Source: Octopus vulgaris
Lineage: Eukaryota
Direction: 5' to 3'
Length of the DNA stretch: 64,000 nt
NCBI GenBank assembly: GCA_951406725.2
Contig: OX597838.1
Coordinates: 9,052,001 to 9,116,000 of the forward strand
Shown here: positions 25,630 to 38,248 of the stretch, piece by piece
Position numbering within the stretch: position 1 is the stretch's first letter
Layout: every line of letters starts with the position of its first letter
Notes under the pieces: generated by a model
Told to the model about the DNA's origin: nothing
Databases searched by the model: none
The model's input: only the letters and a program-made list of their open reading frames with translations
Program-made: the position numbers and the translations under genes

Positions 25630-26700
25630 TTCACCATCATTATTCTACGTCCACTGCCCATGCCGGCATGGGTCGGACGGAAACATTCAGATATTTATGT
25701 ATACATACAATTGTCTGAAAACGGCAAACTATGAAATAATTATTATCATTTTTGCGAGTCCTCTACATTCAGGCTCACATCTCGTTACCATGTAGCACTG
25801 CAGTTCATATACAAACACCATATAACCTGCCTTTCATCATGAGAGCCAAACCTTCTGTTGTCAACATTTCATTTCAAAAGGTTCGTTACTAACAGGTGAC
25901 AGCTACCTGAACTTTCTTCGGCCCATTCTTACCCTAAGCCATTATACTTTCGGAACTTCGTCCAATACTGCTAAGCTGAGGCTAACACTAGAGATTCTCC
26001 TGAGCATTTGAGAGAAAAAAAAATCTATTTGCCGTTTGCTGGAATATTTGTTGCTTCTGAGTACCTGTCATAAACGAAGTCTATTTTGTTAACCTACCTG
26101 TTCACTTTGTGTGTTCATAATTTGTATCAAATACACCACATGAAATTTCTACCAACTCCTTTTCTACACACCCCGAAAGAAGTTGAGTCCTGGCTGTTTT
26201 GAGGCTCTTTGATTCCAGGTTTTGCATCCACATCTGGAACTTATTTTCAAAATTCTATAACAAATTCAGCAATTAGAAAAAGGTCACCTGCATATCGCAG
26301 TTTCCATGGGCAACCAGACTTAAACTCCCGTTATGACCTGTAGGACTATGATGAATAAGAAAGGACTGGAAACTGAGCTCTGGCGAACTCCTTCCTACAC
26401 TTACATCCAATGCCGAACTCATTGTTGACCCTTACAGACAGCAGCTCTGTCTGTATATGAGTTGGATGGCCATTACAAACTATTCGTCTACTCCTAGCTT
26501 TCTCAATGACCACCAGATCACAGAGGAGAGGACTCAGTCAAAGGCCTTCTTCAGGTTGACAAATGCTGCGTAAACTGGCTTGCTTTTAGCTAAATGCTTC
26601 TGCAGTTGTCTCACCAGAAAGAAAGCAACAGTAATACTTCTTGATACAAAACCAAACTGCATCTCATCTCGACTATTTAATTTCCTAATTAACTGAACCA
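25630..26700 (-). mobile_element. Degenerate RTE LINE reverse-transcriptase region
   Basis: EMQFGF..., AFVNLKKAFD, GVRQSSVSSPFLFIIVLQ, GCPWKLRYAGDL (YADD equivalent), VCRKGVGRN and KGRLYGVCI.TAVLHGNE; tail-like sequence at 25630-25680. Confidence 0.88.
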
Positions 26701-26719
26701 TGGAAAGTGGACATTAATT

Positions 26720-27312
26720 GATGATGACATATGTAAAGTGCCGATCTCTGTGGAGGGAACCTGTGGTAGAGATAGATCCAGGAAGACATGGGACGAGGTG
26801 GTGAAGCTTGATCTTTGGACTTTGGGCCTCTTGGAGGCAATGACTAGTGACCGAGACCTTTAGCAATATGCTGTGCTTGAGAAGACCTGCCAAGCCAAGT
26901 GAAATTGTAGTCATGGCCAATGATGGTGTCATGTGACTGGCACCGAAAAATGCACCTTTGGGCCTCACAAGTGCAAGGTGGCCAATGCTGGTGGCACATG
27001 AAAAGCACCTTTTGAGTGTTGGACCTCACGAGGCAATAATGAATGACCGAGGCCTTTGGCATCATGTCGCGCTTGAGAAGAAGACCCATCAAGCCAAGTA
27101 AAATCGCAGTCATGGTAGACACCGGTGTTGTGCAAAGGGCACCCATGCTGATGGCCTGTAAAAGCACCCATTACACTCTCAGGGTGGTTGGCATTAGGAA
27201 GGGCATACAGCCATAGAAAATTAGGCTAAATTAGATCGGAGTCTGGTGCAGCTTTCCATGCCAGTCCTGGTCAAACTGTCCAACCCATGCCAGTATGGAC
27301 AACGAATGTTAA

Positions 27313-27353
<41 letters not shown>
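26720..27353 (+). mobile_element. RTE LINE 3' end (ORF C-terminus, family-D 3' UTR, (GAT)n tail)
   Basis: VEGTCGRDRSRKTWDEVVK.DL.TLGL.EAMTSDRDL..YAVLEKT runs into ...GGCATTAGGAAGGGCAT...CCAACCCATGCCAG...(GAT)n. Confidence 0.88.
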
Positions 27354-27354
<1 letters not shown>

Positions 27355-28008
27355 TTGGCATACACATAGTCACAGATGTAAATAAATATATATATATATA
27401 TATACACACACATTCACACATGGAGATATATGTATACATACATGCATATATATGTATATGTGTGTGTGTGTGTGTATAAGCATTTGCATGCATGCTTGCA
27501 CACAGTAATCTGTTTCAATTTATGCAGAGCATGGATAAAAATCCATGTTAAAATAAAAAAAAAAAATAATAATCTATATTTGAAAAAAATCTCTATAAAA
27601 AATAATACAATATTTTAATACATTATTTCCAAAAAATTAGCAGTGTTTGTTGTTGTGGCTGTTATTGTTATTTTTCCTCTTTTTCTTCTTCTTCTTATCA
27701 ATAAACAGTTCAAAGATTGCATAGAAAAGTTACATACTGAGATGGAGAGGGGAGCACAGGAGACGGGCTTAAGTGAACCATTTTGAAAAGGTAGTGGAAG
27801 AAATACTAGTTTTTCAAAACAATCTTTTTAACAGAAAAAAAAAAAAAATTATATTTATATATGCCTTGATAGACATAGCCACCAATGTTATTCAAGTGTT
27901 TGCTTGCCTGGCATTCTGTAAGTCAACGAGAAAAAATATAAAGGGAAGGAGGAGGTGGGAGTGCAACAGTCTCTAATTTTTGGGGGACGCAAAACACCGG
28001 GAGCTACT

Positions 28009-28059
28009 TCATAGTTCCTCAAAGAACGCGACCCGTGCCTTGCCGGAAGTGGACCGGAT
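28009..28059 (-). CDS. NF2: Merlin terminal coding exon (human exon 17, isoform-1 type end)
   Basis: Long poly-pyrimidine tract plus TTTCAG. IRSTSGKARVAFFEEL-TGA; compare human LTLQSAKSRVAFFEEL. Confidence 0.96.
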   Translation of the reverse strand: MRSTSGKARVAFFEEL

Positions 28060-28279
28060 CTGAAAAGAAAAAAAAGAAAAAGAAGTAGAAATTAAAATGT
28101 CTAATTAATATTAATTGAGCAACATAAAGTGCAAATAAAAGAAAAAGGTATAAATACTGGATTGAAAGAATAGGATTTAAATAACTTGATAGGAATCAAC
28201 AAAAGAACAAATTTTCGACGGAGGCATCATTTAACCGTTTAGCATCCAGATTCCTCGGTCGAATACAAAGCTTATTTAT

Positions 28280-28690
28280 TAGTTCTGCCTTAGTGAAGGT
28301 GGAGGTATCATTTTCAGTTGTGGTTGTCTGTTTGTCAAGATATATGTGAAGATATTTGTCAAGATATATGTGAATGTTCTGAGCAGACAGTAGGCAAGAT
28401 ATCTCAAAAACAGCTGGATGGATTCAGATGAAACTTTCAGGGATGTTTGGTCTCATAATTGGCACTAACTGCTTAAATTTTGGGAACAATCCAGATTCTG
28501 GATTATTTTTCCTGCTTTTTTTACTTAATTTTTGAGAGCGGTTGGATTCATTTTTAGTATTCTCATTTGTGAGAGCAGTCGAGTTTATTTCAGATATTCT
28601 TATTTTAAAAATCATCTCTGGCTAATTGTTGAGAGGACATTGGTGTAGCCTAAGCAGAAGTTTGCGCTCTCTAAGTGCTCTTGTTATTAT
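28280..28690 (+). mobile_element. Helentron/DINE-1-like non-autonomous element (degenerate)
   Basis: 5' short inverted repeat TTCTGCCTT..AAGGTGGAG, internal GTTT/GTCT-like repeat, 3' GCAGAAGTTTGCGCTCTCT in a T-rich site. Confidence 0.45.
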
Positions 28691-28711
28691 TATTATTATG
28701 TTTATTATTGC

Positions 28712-28952
28712 GGCACGTAAAAAGCACCATCCGATCATGGCCGTTTGCCAGCCTCGTCTGGTGGCACGTAAAAAGCACCCACTACACTCATGGAGTGGTT
28801 GGCGTTAGGAAGGGCATCCAGCTGTAGAAACTCTGCCAAATCAAGATTGGAGCCTGGTGCAGCCGTCTGGTTCGCCAGCCCTCAGTCAAAATCGTCCAAC
28901 CCATGCCAGCATGGAAAGCGGACGTAAAACGATGATGATGATGATGATGATG
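28712..28952 (+). mobile_element. Family D (RTE 3'-UTR-derived) copy
   Basis: GGCACGTAAAAAGCACC units plus conserved tail and (GAT)n. Other copies at about 30645, 36050, 37155, 43243, 44105, 44563, 46047, 56022, 58830, 60021, 63293 and 63764. Confidence 0.88.
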
Positions 28953-30942
28953 AATATTTTCCCACAAACATTCCTTTTAATTCCTCGTACAACTGACATG
29001 TTTGATTTTTCCCTAAAATTAAATTTTCATCACCATCACCTCCCTCTGCCTGGCACCACCACCACCTCCACCATTTATTACCCATGTTCCATGCTGGATG
29101 AATTAATGTACAACCGGAACCAATGACTTTATAACATTAATTCTATTTTAATTACCTCCCATTTTAATTAGTCTGTCTGGCTGTCTCTGCTCTGCACACT
29201 TAAACATTCTCGCTCCTAAATGAGAAAGCACGTGGCACAGTGGTTAAGGTATTTAGCTCACAATCATAAGGTTGTCAGTTCGATTCCCAGTGGTACACTG
29301 TATCCTTGGGCAAGACACTTCATTTCACATTGCTCCACTCCATTCAGCTGGCAATACCGAATAGGGCCTGTATTTCAAAGGGCCAGTCTTGTTACAGTCA
29401 GTGTGTCACACTGAATCGTTCTTAAGGGTACACATGTCTGTCGGGTGCTCAACCGCTTGCACATTAATTCCACTAGCAGATTATTCCATTGATTGGATCA
29501 ACTGGAACTCTTGTCATCGGAACCAACAGAGTGTCAGTCTGTACGTATGCAAGTTATTGGAATAGCAGACAGAATTTTGAAATAATTACTTCAAATTTTT
29601 TTTTCTTAAGATTTCATCAAAAATAAATTTATTTCTTAACATTCTCTATTTCGTTTTTTTTTTCTTCTTTTTCTGAGGAATTCTTGTTAATTATTCCATA
29701 TTTAACTCCTCCAATATTTCATATTTTGCCGTTAGCCTCTTAAATCTCAAATCACAGTTATTTATAATTATTATTATTTATTTATTATTATTTTTTTGTT
29801 AATTATTGCAGCTAGAAACATCTTTTTGTTATTAATACTGCTTTTAGGAATTAAGAACCACAAACATAAATGAAAGAATGAAATTTAATAGAAGTGCTTA
29901 GTGAATACCAAAGACATTAATTGCATTCTGCCTACACATTCGTCTAGTTTTTCCATGCTCTGATAAGCTACTCCAAGGGTTAGCTATGTACGATCCTGCC
30001 CCCACTTCCGCCAATCAAATGTTTCTGCTAAGCACATTCCATCTTGTAAATGTAATCTAATAACCGGCACAGCAAGAGTCCAAAGAATTATGTGAAGATA
30101 GAATATAAGTACATGACACCAAGATACTAATGGCAATGGCAACAAAACCAACACCACCACCACCACCACCACCAATAATAATAATAATAATCCTTTCTAC
30201 AATAGGCACAAGGCCTGAAATTTTAAGGGAGAGAGTTTGGTAGATTACATCAACTACAGAGCTTTAAAGGATAAAAGGCAATGTTGACCTCGGCAGAATT
30301 TGAACCCAGAATATGGAGACATATGAAATGGTGCCAAACATTTTGTCTGGCATGCTAACAACAACAATAATCCTTTCTACTATAGTAGGCACACGGCCTG
30401 AAATTTTTGGGGAGGGGTTAAGTCGCTTACATCAACCCCAGCACTCAACTGGTACTTAATTTACTGACCCTGAATGGATGAAAGGCAAAGTTGACTTCAG
30501 CAGAATTTGAACTCAAAACGTAAGGACAGATGAAATATTACTAAGCATTTTGCCCAGAGTGCTAACAATTCTGTCAGCTCACCACTTTAACAACAACAAC
30601 AACAATAATTATTTCAAATTTTTATGTGGCACTATCAATGGACAGGGTATGGCCTCACAGAGGCAGTGACAAGTGACCGAGACCTTTTGCAATATACCGT
30701 GCTTGAGAAGACCTGTCAAGCCAAGTAAGACCGTAGCTGTGGTCAATGCCGGTGTTACATAACTGGCACATAAAGAGCACCCACTACACTTTGCCAAGTG
30801 GTTGGTGCTAGGAAGGGCATCCAGCCGTAGAAACCATGCCAAATCAGATTGGAACCTGGTGTAGCTCTCCAGCCTACCAGCTTTCAGTCAAACCATCCAA
30901 CCCATGCCAGCATGGAAAATGGACATTAAATGATGATGATGA

Positions 30943-30990
<48 letters not shown>

Positions 30991-31866
30991 TTAAAAGGCA
31001 TCCTAAATGGAATCCAGCTTTAATTATAGAACTGAAGTAGGCAACCGCATGAACAGAAGTAATACACCAACATTACATACAACAAGACCAAACAATAAAA
31101 AGGAAAATGAAACTGTGTGGTAAGAAGCCTACTTCCCAACCACATGGTTCCAGGTTCAGTCCCACTGCGTGGCACCTTGCGCAAGTGTATCCTACTATGG
31201 TCTCAAGATGACCAAAGCCTTGCGAGTGGATTTGGTAGATGGAAACTGAAAGAAGCTCATCATGTGTGTGTGTGCATGTTTGCCTCTTTCCCCCACCACC
31301 GCTTGACAACTGGTGTTGGTGGGTTTACATCCCCATAACTTAGTGGTTCAGCAAAAGAGACCAATAGAATAAGAATCAGGCTTAACAAAAGAATAAGTCC
31401 TGGGGTTGGTTCATTCAACTAATAATTCTTCAAGGTGGTGCCCCAGCATGGCTACAGTCTAATGATGGAATCAAGTAAAAGATAAAAGATAAAAAAAAAC
31501 AAAAAAAAAAACAAGCAAAGCTTTGTGACAAACCTAAACCACAGAGAAAATGGCAGAAGACTAATGAGAGTAATTAACGACAACAACAACAACACCAACA
31601 ACATTGGCCATACAACACACTGTATCATGGTGACAGCCTCAACCCTGAGCCTAACTCGAACAAAACGCTGCCCTTCTCTGACATTTCTTTGAAAGCAGGC
31701 ACAAGGAAACCATTGAAACAAAAATACAAAATTAACATAATGACCCTTGAAGAGAAGTTTTGATTTTGACCCCTCCTCACGGCTAACAAGCGTACCCTGC
31801 TCCCTAGTTCGAAAAGAGATGGGGTGGATGGGGGTGATGGTGGTGGGAGCGGAGGGGAGAAATTTT

Positions 31867-31890
31867 TTAAAAGCTCGAAAGTGTTCGGAC
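31867..31890 (-). CDS. Candidate alternative terminal exon of merlin (VRTLSSF*)
   Basis: Pyrimidine-rich, AG-free tract CTTCCGTGCCTCCTTCACCTTACACGTTTCCTATTTCGTCAG followed by in-phase GTC CGA ACA CTT TCG AGC TTT TAA. No transcript evidence available. Confidence 0.4.
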   Translation of the reverse strand, partial: VRTLSSF

Positions 31891-31971
31891 CTGACGAAAT
31901 AGGAAACGTGTAAGGTGAAGGAGGCACGGAAGTCCTCAACAGAGTTATTTCAAATTTTTATGTGGCATGCT

Positions 31972-32365
31972 GGAGTGGCTGTGTGGTAAGTAGCTTGCTT
32001 ACCAACCACATGGTTCCGGGTTCAGTCCCACTGCGTGGCACCTTGGGCAAGTGTCTTCCGCTATAGCCCCGGGTCGACCAATGCCTTGTGAGTGGATTTG
32101 GTAGACGGAAACTGAAAGAAGCCCGTCGTATATATGTATATATATATATATGTTTGTGTGTCTGTGTTTGTCCCCCTAGCTTTGCTTGACATCCGATGCT
32201 GGTGTGTTTACGTCCCCGTAACTTAGCGGTTCGGCAAAAAGAGACCGATAGAATAAGTACTGGGCTTACAAAAGAATAAGTCCCAAGGTCGATTTGCTTG
32301 ACTAAAGGCGGTGCTCCAGCATGGCCGCAGTCAAATGACTGAAACAAGTAAAAGAGTAAAAGAGA
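31972..32365 (+). mobile_element. SINE family B copy
   Basis: Consensus match; inverted relative to the copy at 33056-33470. Confidence 0.9.
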
Positions 32366-32500
32366 GAGAGATGAAATCACCGATAATCAATACAGGTGAT
32401 GAGAGTTTCCCAGAATGTGGGGGAAGCGGTCGAAATTGTTGCAATTCTGAAAGTTCCACAAAACCTCGGGCACAAGGTGAATATATGAGAGCGAGGAAGG

Positions 32501-32568
<68 letters not shown>

Positions 32569-33055
32569 GGGTAGAGGGAAAGAGGGAAGTAGGTGAAGAG
32601 AGAGAGAGTGAGAGAGAGAATAAGGGTTAGAGAAACAGAAAGGGTGGGTTTGTGAGTAGGTAGCTTTGTGAAAGGAGTGTGACAGATGGTAAGAGATGGG
32701 GGGGACCAAGATGGATGCAGTGAATATCAGGTGGAGGGAGGGAGGGGGGTTAGGGAAGGAGGGAAGGAAATAGGAGTGGGTCAGGCAGGAGGAGGAGGAG
32801 GTGATAAGGGACAGTAATAGGGATACAGTGTGAAGTGCACGGGGGGGGGGGGTGGGGGTGGAGGTAAGTAGTCTCATTTACTGTACACGCATGAGTAGTA
32901 CCCCAATTGGAAGATTGGTGCAGGAACGGGGTAGTAGAAGACTGAGTTCTTGGTGGAAGAGGTGGGGGGGGAGGGAGAAGATGAGGTTTCTAAGTGCATT
33001 TACTGGAATATATCAAAGCTCTAAAAGTTGAAGTGGTGGAATCATGGTATCTCTT

Positions 33056-33253
33056 TCTCTCTTACTTGTTTCAGTCATTTGACTACGGCCATGCTGGAGC
33101 ACCGCCTTTAGTCGAGCAAATCGACACCGGGACTTGTTCTTTTGTAAGCCCAGTACTTATTCTATCGGTCTCTTTGCCGAACCGCTAAGTTACGGGGACG
33201 TAACCACACCAGCATAGGTTGTCAAGCAACGCTAGGGGGACAAACACAAACAT

Positions 33254-33307
<54 letters not shown>

Positions 33308-33470
33308 GACAGGCTTCTTTCAGTTTCCGTCTACCAAATCCACTCACAAGGCATTGGTCGGCCCGGGGCTATAGCAGAAGACACTTGCCCAAGATGCCAC
33401 GCAGTGGGACTGAACCCGGAACCATGTGGTTGGTAAACAAGCTACTTACCACACAGCCACTCCTGCGCCT
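33056..33470 (-). mobile_element. SINE family B copy
   Basis: Consensus match. Confidence 0.9.
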
Positions 33471-34813
33471 ATAATAATAATCTTCTTCTTAATGTTTGAG
33501 ATACAACTGTCAAGACACACAGACAAATCCATTGTCAGTGTTGAATGTCTGCTTATTCCTGCTCGCATAGATCAGACACAATTTTGTCGAGGTGGATTTT
33601 CCCCAGTCCAATGCCCCCCCCCCTGCTGCCAACCCCACCAACTGTTTCCAAGTAAGGTGATGTCCACCCCTGCATGACCAGACACTGTTTTCACAAGAGA
33701 TGCAATATGAAGGGCACGGCTTGCATGATGGTGACCTTCATTTACAGCTATGACATGGAGTGAAGGCAAGAAGACAGCAACATATGTATGTATAGGGCAA
33801 AGGTGAAAAAAACCCCTTCGGTCATAAATGACCATGGGCTTGCCCCTAGAAAGCCACCCCCGTATGTATACATATATATGTGCATACACACACACACACA
33901 CACATATATATACATAGATGGACATTACCTGTAACCTGTACCATAACTGTGAAGATACAGATACCAGATGGTGGCAATAATAACAACAACAACAATAATA
34001 ATAATAATAAATTGAGAGAAAACAGGTGATATGTAAACATCATCAGAAACAGTCTCAGAGAATGATCTGATGACCACAGATTAAAATATGACATTCCACA
34101 CAGAAAGGAAATTAGTGGTAATCCATGAAACATTGTCAAGAAATGGCAGAAAAAAAAGGGGCTTCCCAGTCTAAGAATCAATTCAAACTTTATTACAAAC
34201 TAGCATTTTTACCTTTCCTAAATTAACTGATTTGTTACCATATCACCTGAGACCAACTTTGGTTCTATGATACAAATTTCATATTGATGATCGAAATTAA
34301 AACCTTCCTTCAAAATTTCATTTCAATTTATTTTCCAAACATCAGTTTAACCCTTTAGTGTTCTGATTATTCTATCAAACATAATGCTTTTTGATTCCCA
34401 CTGATTTGAATTAATCATGCATTATCCCATATCTTCAAGATCTTGATGGTGTAATTACATAATGTAGAATAACATTGTAGGGTAGGTGTGAGGGCCTGGA
34501 TCTGGTCAGTTTGAACATAAAACAGATTAAATATTTTGGCCGGATATGGCTGGTTTAAATACTAAAGGGTCAGTAACAACAAAGTTATTTTACTAAATTG
34601 TTTGTTTTTTTTTTCTTTTTTTCAAAAGGAATAGCAAAAAAAAAAAAATAATATAAATAAAAGCGGTGTATTTTAACAGAAATATAGTAATAAAACGGTT
34701 AATCTTTTGGATTCTAATCTATGCTTCTAAGTCTAGAACATTTTCTGTAATTGCTCGGCAGACTGTTATGAGAAACAGGTCATCATCATCATCATCATCA
34801 TCATGCATGGGAT

Positions 34814-35191
34814 GGAAGCACTCCGTCGGTGACGACGATGAGGGTTCCGGTTGATCCGAATCAACGGAAATTAACGTGAAATTAACGTGTAAGTGGCTGA
34901 GTACTCCACAGACACGTGTACCCTTAACGTAGTTCTCGGGGATATTCAGCGTGACACAGAGTGACAAGGCCGGCCCCTTGAAATACAGGTACAACAGAAA
35001 CAGGAAGTAAGAGTGAGAGAAAGTTGTGGTGAAAGAGTACAGCAGGGATCACCACCATCCCCTGCCGGAGCCCTGTGGAGCTTTTAGGTGTTTTCGCTCA
35101 ATAAACACTCACAACGCCCGGTCTGGGAATCGAAACCGCAATCCTACGACCGTGAGTCCGCTGCCCTAACCACTGGGCCATTGCGCCTCCA
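34814..35191 (-). mobile_element. SINE family C copy
   Basis: Consensus match. Confidence 0.92.
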
Positions 35192-35275
35192 CTTCATCAT
35201 ACATAAACACACACACACACAATTATAGGGGGTGGTCAGAGTGTTTTAAATTAGGGAGAAGACAAATATTCTTAC

Positions 35276-35435
35276 CCTCCTAAGCGTAGAGTATTTGGTG
35301 TCTCCCCTCGTCACACTCTCTTCGTGCAGTCGATCCAGTTCTGTCTGGTTCTCCTCCACCTTTAAAACCTCAATTTCTGTCTTCAGGTCCTGGAGCTGTT
35401 GGTGCAGATGTTTACTTTTCTCCATGTACTCTACT
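35276..35435 (-). CDS. NF2: Merlin exon (human exon 15), C-terminal tail
   Basis: CAACAG / GTAAGA, 160 bp, phase 2/0. (R)VEYMEKSKHLHQQLQDLKTEIEVLKVEENQTELDRLHEESVTRGDTKYSTLRR. Confidence 0.96.
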
Positions 35436-35618
35436 CTGTTGCAAGAAACAAAAAAAAAAAAAAAAATCCGTTTATTATCGTTCTTATTACAGCTGCCATG
35501 CTGGAGCACACAATGCTTTTCAGAAAGTAGTTTGGGGCTTCAGTTTCAATTACCATGTGGAACTGCTATTTTTTATGACAACCACAAATTTTCCCCCCAA
35601 AAGATACAGGAAGAAATT

Positions 35619-35664
<46 letters not shown>

Positions 35665-36283
35665 ATCATCATCATCATCATCGTCATTTGACTTCCACTT
35701 TCCATGCTGGCATGGGTTGGGCGGCTTGACTGAGGACTGGTAAGCCAGGAGGCTGCACCACTGAAATACTAATAATTCTGCCAGCTCATTAACCCAGTTA
35801 TTTAATTAATAATGATAACAACATCGATAATCTTATTTTGGCACATGACCAGCAATTTTGAAGGGAGAGGCAAGTTAATTACACCCAAACCATTTTTATT
35901 CATTGACATTGAACTCACTGACCCTGAAAGGGTAAAAGTCAAAGTGAACCCTGGTGGAATTTGAACTCAGAACATAATGAGTCGTAAGAAACAGCACAAA
36001 GCATACTGTCTGAAACACTAACGATTCTGGCAGATTGCCATCCTTGAAATCATCATCATCATCATCGTTTAATGTCCGCTTTCCATGCTAGCATGGGTTG
36101 GACGATTTTGACTGAGGGCTGGCGAACCAGACGGCCGCACCAGGCTCCAATCGTAATCTGGCAGAGTTTCTACAGCTGGATGCCTTTCCTAACGCCAACC
36201 ACTCCGAGAGTGTAGTGGGTGCTTTTTATGTGCCACCGGCAATATAATTAACAATAAAGTAATATGTTGTCATAGCAACTTAC

Positions 36284-36348
36284 ATCAACTGTGTCGGGTG
36301 GAGTTAGTCTTGCATGAACCGGAGAAGCTGGTGCTTAGCTCTGGTTTT
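36284..36348 (-). other. Candidate stop-containing cassette exon in a merlin intron
   Basis: 65-bp non-repeat segment bounded by TTTCAG and GTAAGT; in the exon-14 phase it reads (R)KPELSTSFSGSCKTNSTRHS*. Confidence 0.3.
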
Positions 36349-36391
36349 CTGAAATTTCATTGAAAATGGTAAACGTTTCCAATGACATTCT

Positions 36392-36776
36392 GGAAGCACT
36401 CCGTCGGTTACGACGATGAGGGTTCCGGTTGATCCGAATCAACGGAACAGCCTGCTCGTGAAATTAACGTGTAAGTGGCTGAGCACTCCACAGACACGTG
36501 CAACCTTAACGTAAGTTCTCGGGGATATTCAGCGTGACACAGAGAGTGACAAGGCCGGCCCTTTGAAATACAGGTACAACAGAAACAGGAAGTAAGAGTG
36601 AGAGAAAGTTGTGGTGAAAGAGTACAGCAGGGATCACCACCATCCCCTTCCGGAGCCTCATGGAGCTTTTAGGTGTTTTCGCTCAATAAACACTCACAAC
36701 GCCTGGTCTGGGAATCGAAACCGCAATCCTATGACCGCGAGTCCGCTGCCCTAACCACTGGGCCATTGCGCCTCCA
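36392..36776 (-). mobile_element. SINE family C copy
   Basis: 10-bp TSD CCAATGACAT (36379-36388 / 36777-36786). Confidence 0.92.
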
Positions 36777-38099
36777 CCAATGACATACTAATTTACCATT
36801 GATAATATTATTGTGAGAGAAAATATCTAAGTAGCTGTCGGTGAATTGAAGGGTTCTCTAGTGCTGAGGTAGACTCAGCCTGCTTTTACTCTCCTCTCTC
36901 TCGGTTTTTATTGAGAAGTGCAAGAAGATCAAATACAGGAGTACTGGATTGTTAGGTCACCGGATAAAGTGTTTTAGAAGAGGAAACCCCAACCAGTGTA
37001 CCATGGACCAGGAGTCGGCCTTGGATCCCTTGGTGCCAGGCTACACAGGAAGAACAAATTTTTTTAATTTTGAGTTATATGTGTGTGTATGTATGTGTGT
37101 ATGTGAGCCCGTATTAATAATGCATTATCTCATAGCTTTCAAGATTTTGACCGTCATCATCATCATCATCATCATCATCATTTAACGTTCGTTGTCCATG
37201 CTGGCTTGGGTTGGACGGTTTGACCAGGGATGGCAAGCTGGAAGGCTGCACCAGACTCCAGTCTGATTTGGTATAGTTTCTATGGCTGGATGCCCTTTCT
37301 AACACCAACCATTCTGAGAGTGTAATGGGTACTTTTATGTGCCACTAGCATGGGTGTCCTTTGTATGACACCACTATCTGCAACGGGTAGGGTATTAAGA
37401 GAACCATCCGAGCGTGATCATTGCCAGAGCATCTATCTTTCTGTGATTAAAGTGACCCGCAATGTAATTCAAGTCGGCCAGGCCTGCTTTAAACAAATCA
37501 TTTGTGCAGGTCAGCTGGCAAAAGTTGAACGCTGATACATTGTCTTTGACAGGAGAGTCCATCATTTTATTGTGTTTTGAATTCTATATATGTGCTCACC
37601 AGGCTCCAATCTGATCTGGCATAGTTTCTACAGCTGGATGCCCCTCCTAATGCCAACCACTCCAAGAGTGTAGTGAGCGCTTTTTATGTACCACCAGCAC
37701 AGGAGCCAGTCTGGCAGGCCTGGCATCGATCAAATTCGGATAGTAATTTTATATGCTACCAGCATGGGAGCCAGCCAGGGGCTACTGACATCGGCCTCGT
37801 TCGGATGGTGCTTTTTATTTGCCACTGGCATGAGTGTGTGCTTTTGTACCCCACTCCCAGACAACTGGTGTTGTTTACGTCTCCTTAACTGGGTGGTTAA
37901 GACAGATAGAACAAGACCCCACCCAAAAAAAAAACAGTACTGGGGTCAATTTGTTTGATTAAATCCTTTAAGGAGGTGGTGCCCCAGCATGGCCACAGTC
38001 CATTGACAGACACAAGCAAAAGAATAAAAGAATAACAGAAAACGAGCCGAAATTAACGATTAATTCCTTAACGATTAATTCATTAAAATGTACGTTTAC

Positions 38100-38248
38100 C
38101 TTTCTTTCTCGATTTTAAGAGAAAGTTGATCCATATCACTAGTTTTTGGGAAATCGAAGCTGGCCTCCATTGCATCATCTCCGCCACAGAAGTCAGCGAT
38201 GAGACCGACATCTGGGAGTTCCAGGTTAGACGTCAATTTTAAGATGCT
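38100..38248 (-). CDS. NF2: Merlin exon (human exon 14)
   Basis: TTTCAG / GTAAAC, 149 bp, phase 0/2. SILKLTSNLELPDVGLIADFCGGDDAMEASFDFPKTSDMDQLSLKIEKE(R); compare human [20 protein letters not shown]. Confidence 0.92.

Noticed and set aside
25630-27353. Twin-priming 5' inversion of a single RTE insertion
   Set aside because: The head-to-head geometry fits, but the minus fragment appears to have its own tail at 25630-25680 and I found no TSD; two insertions are at least as likely.
31625-31939. 104-aa ORF with LFELGS twice, resembling the FFEEL end
   Set aside because: Not in the phase required by the upstream exon at the good acceptor, proline-rich low complexity, no recognisable homology.
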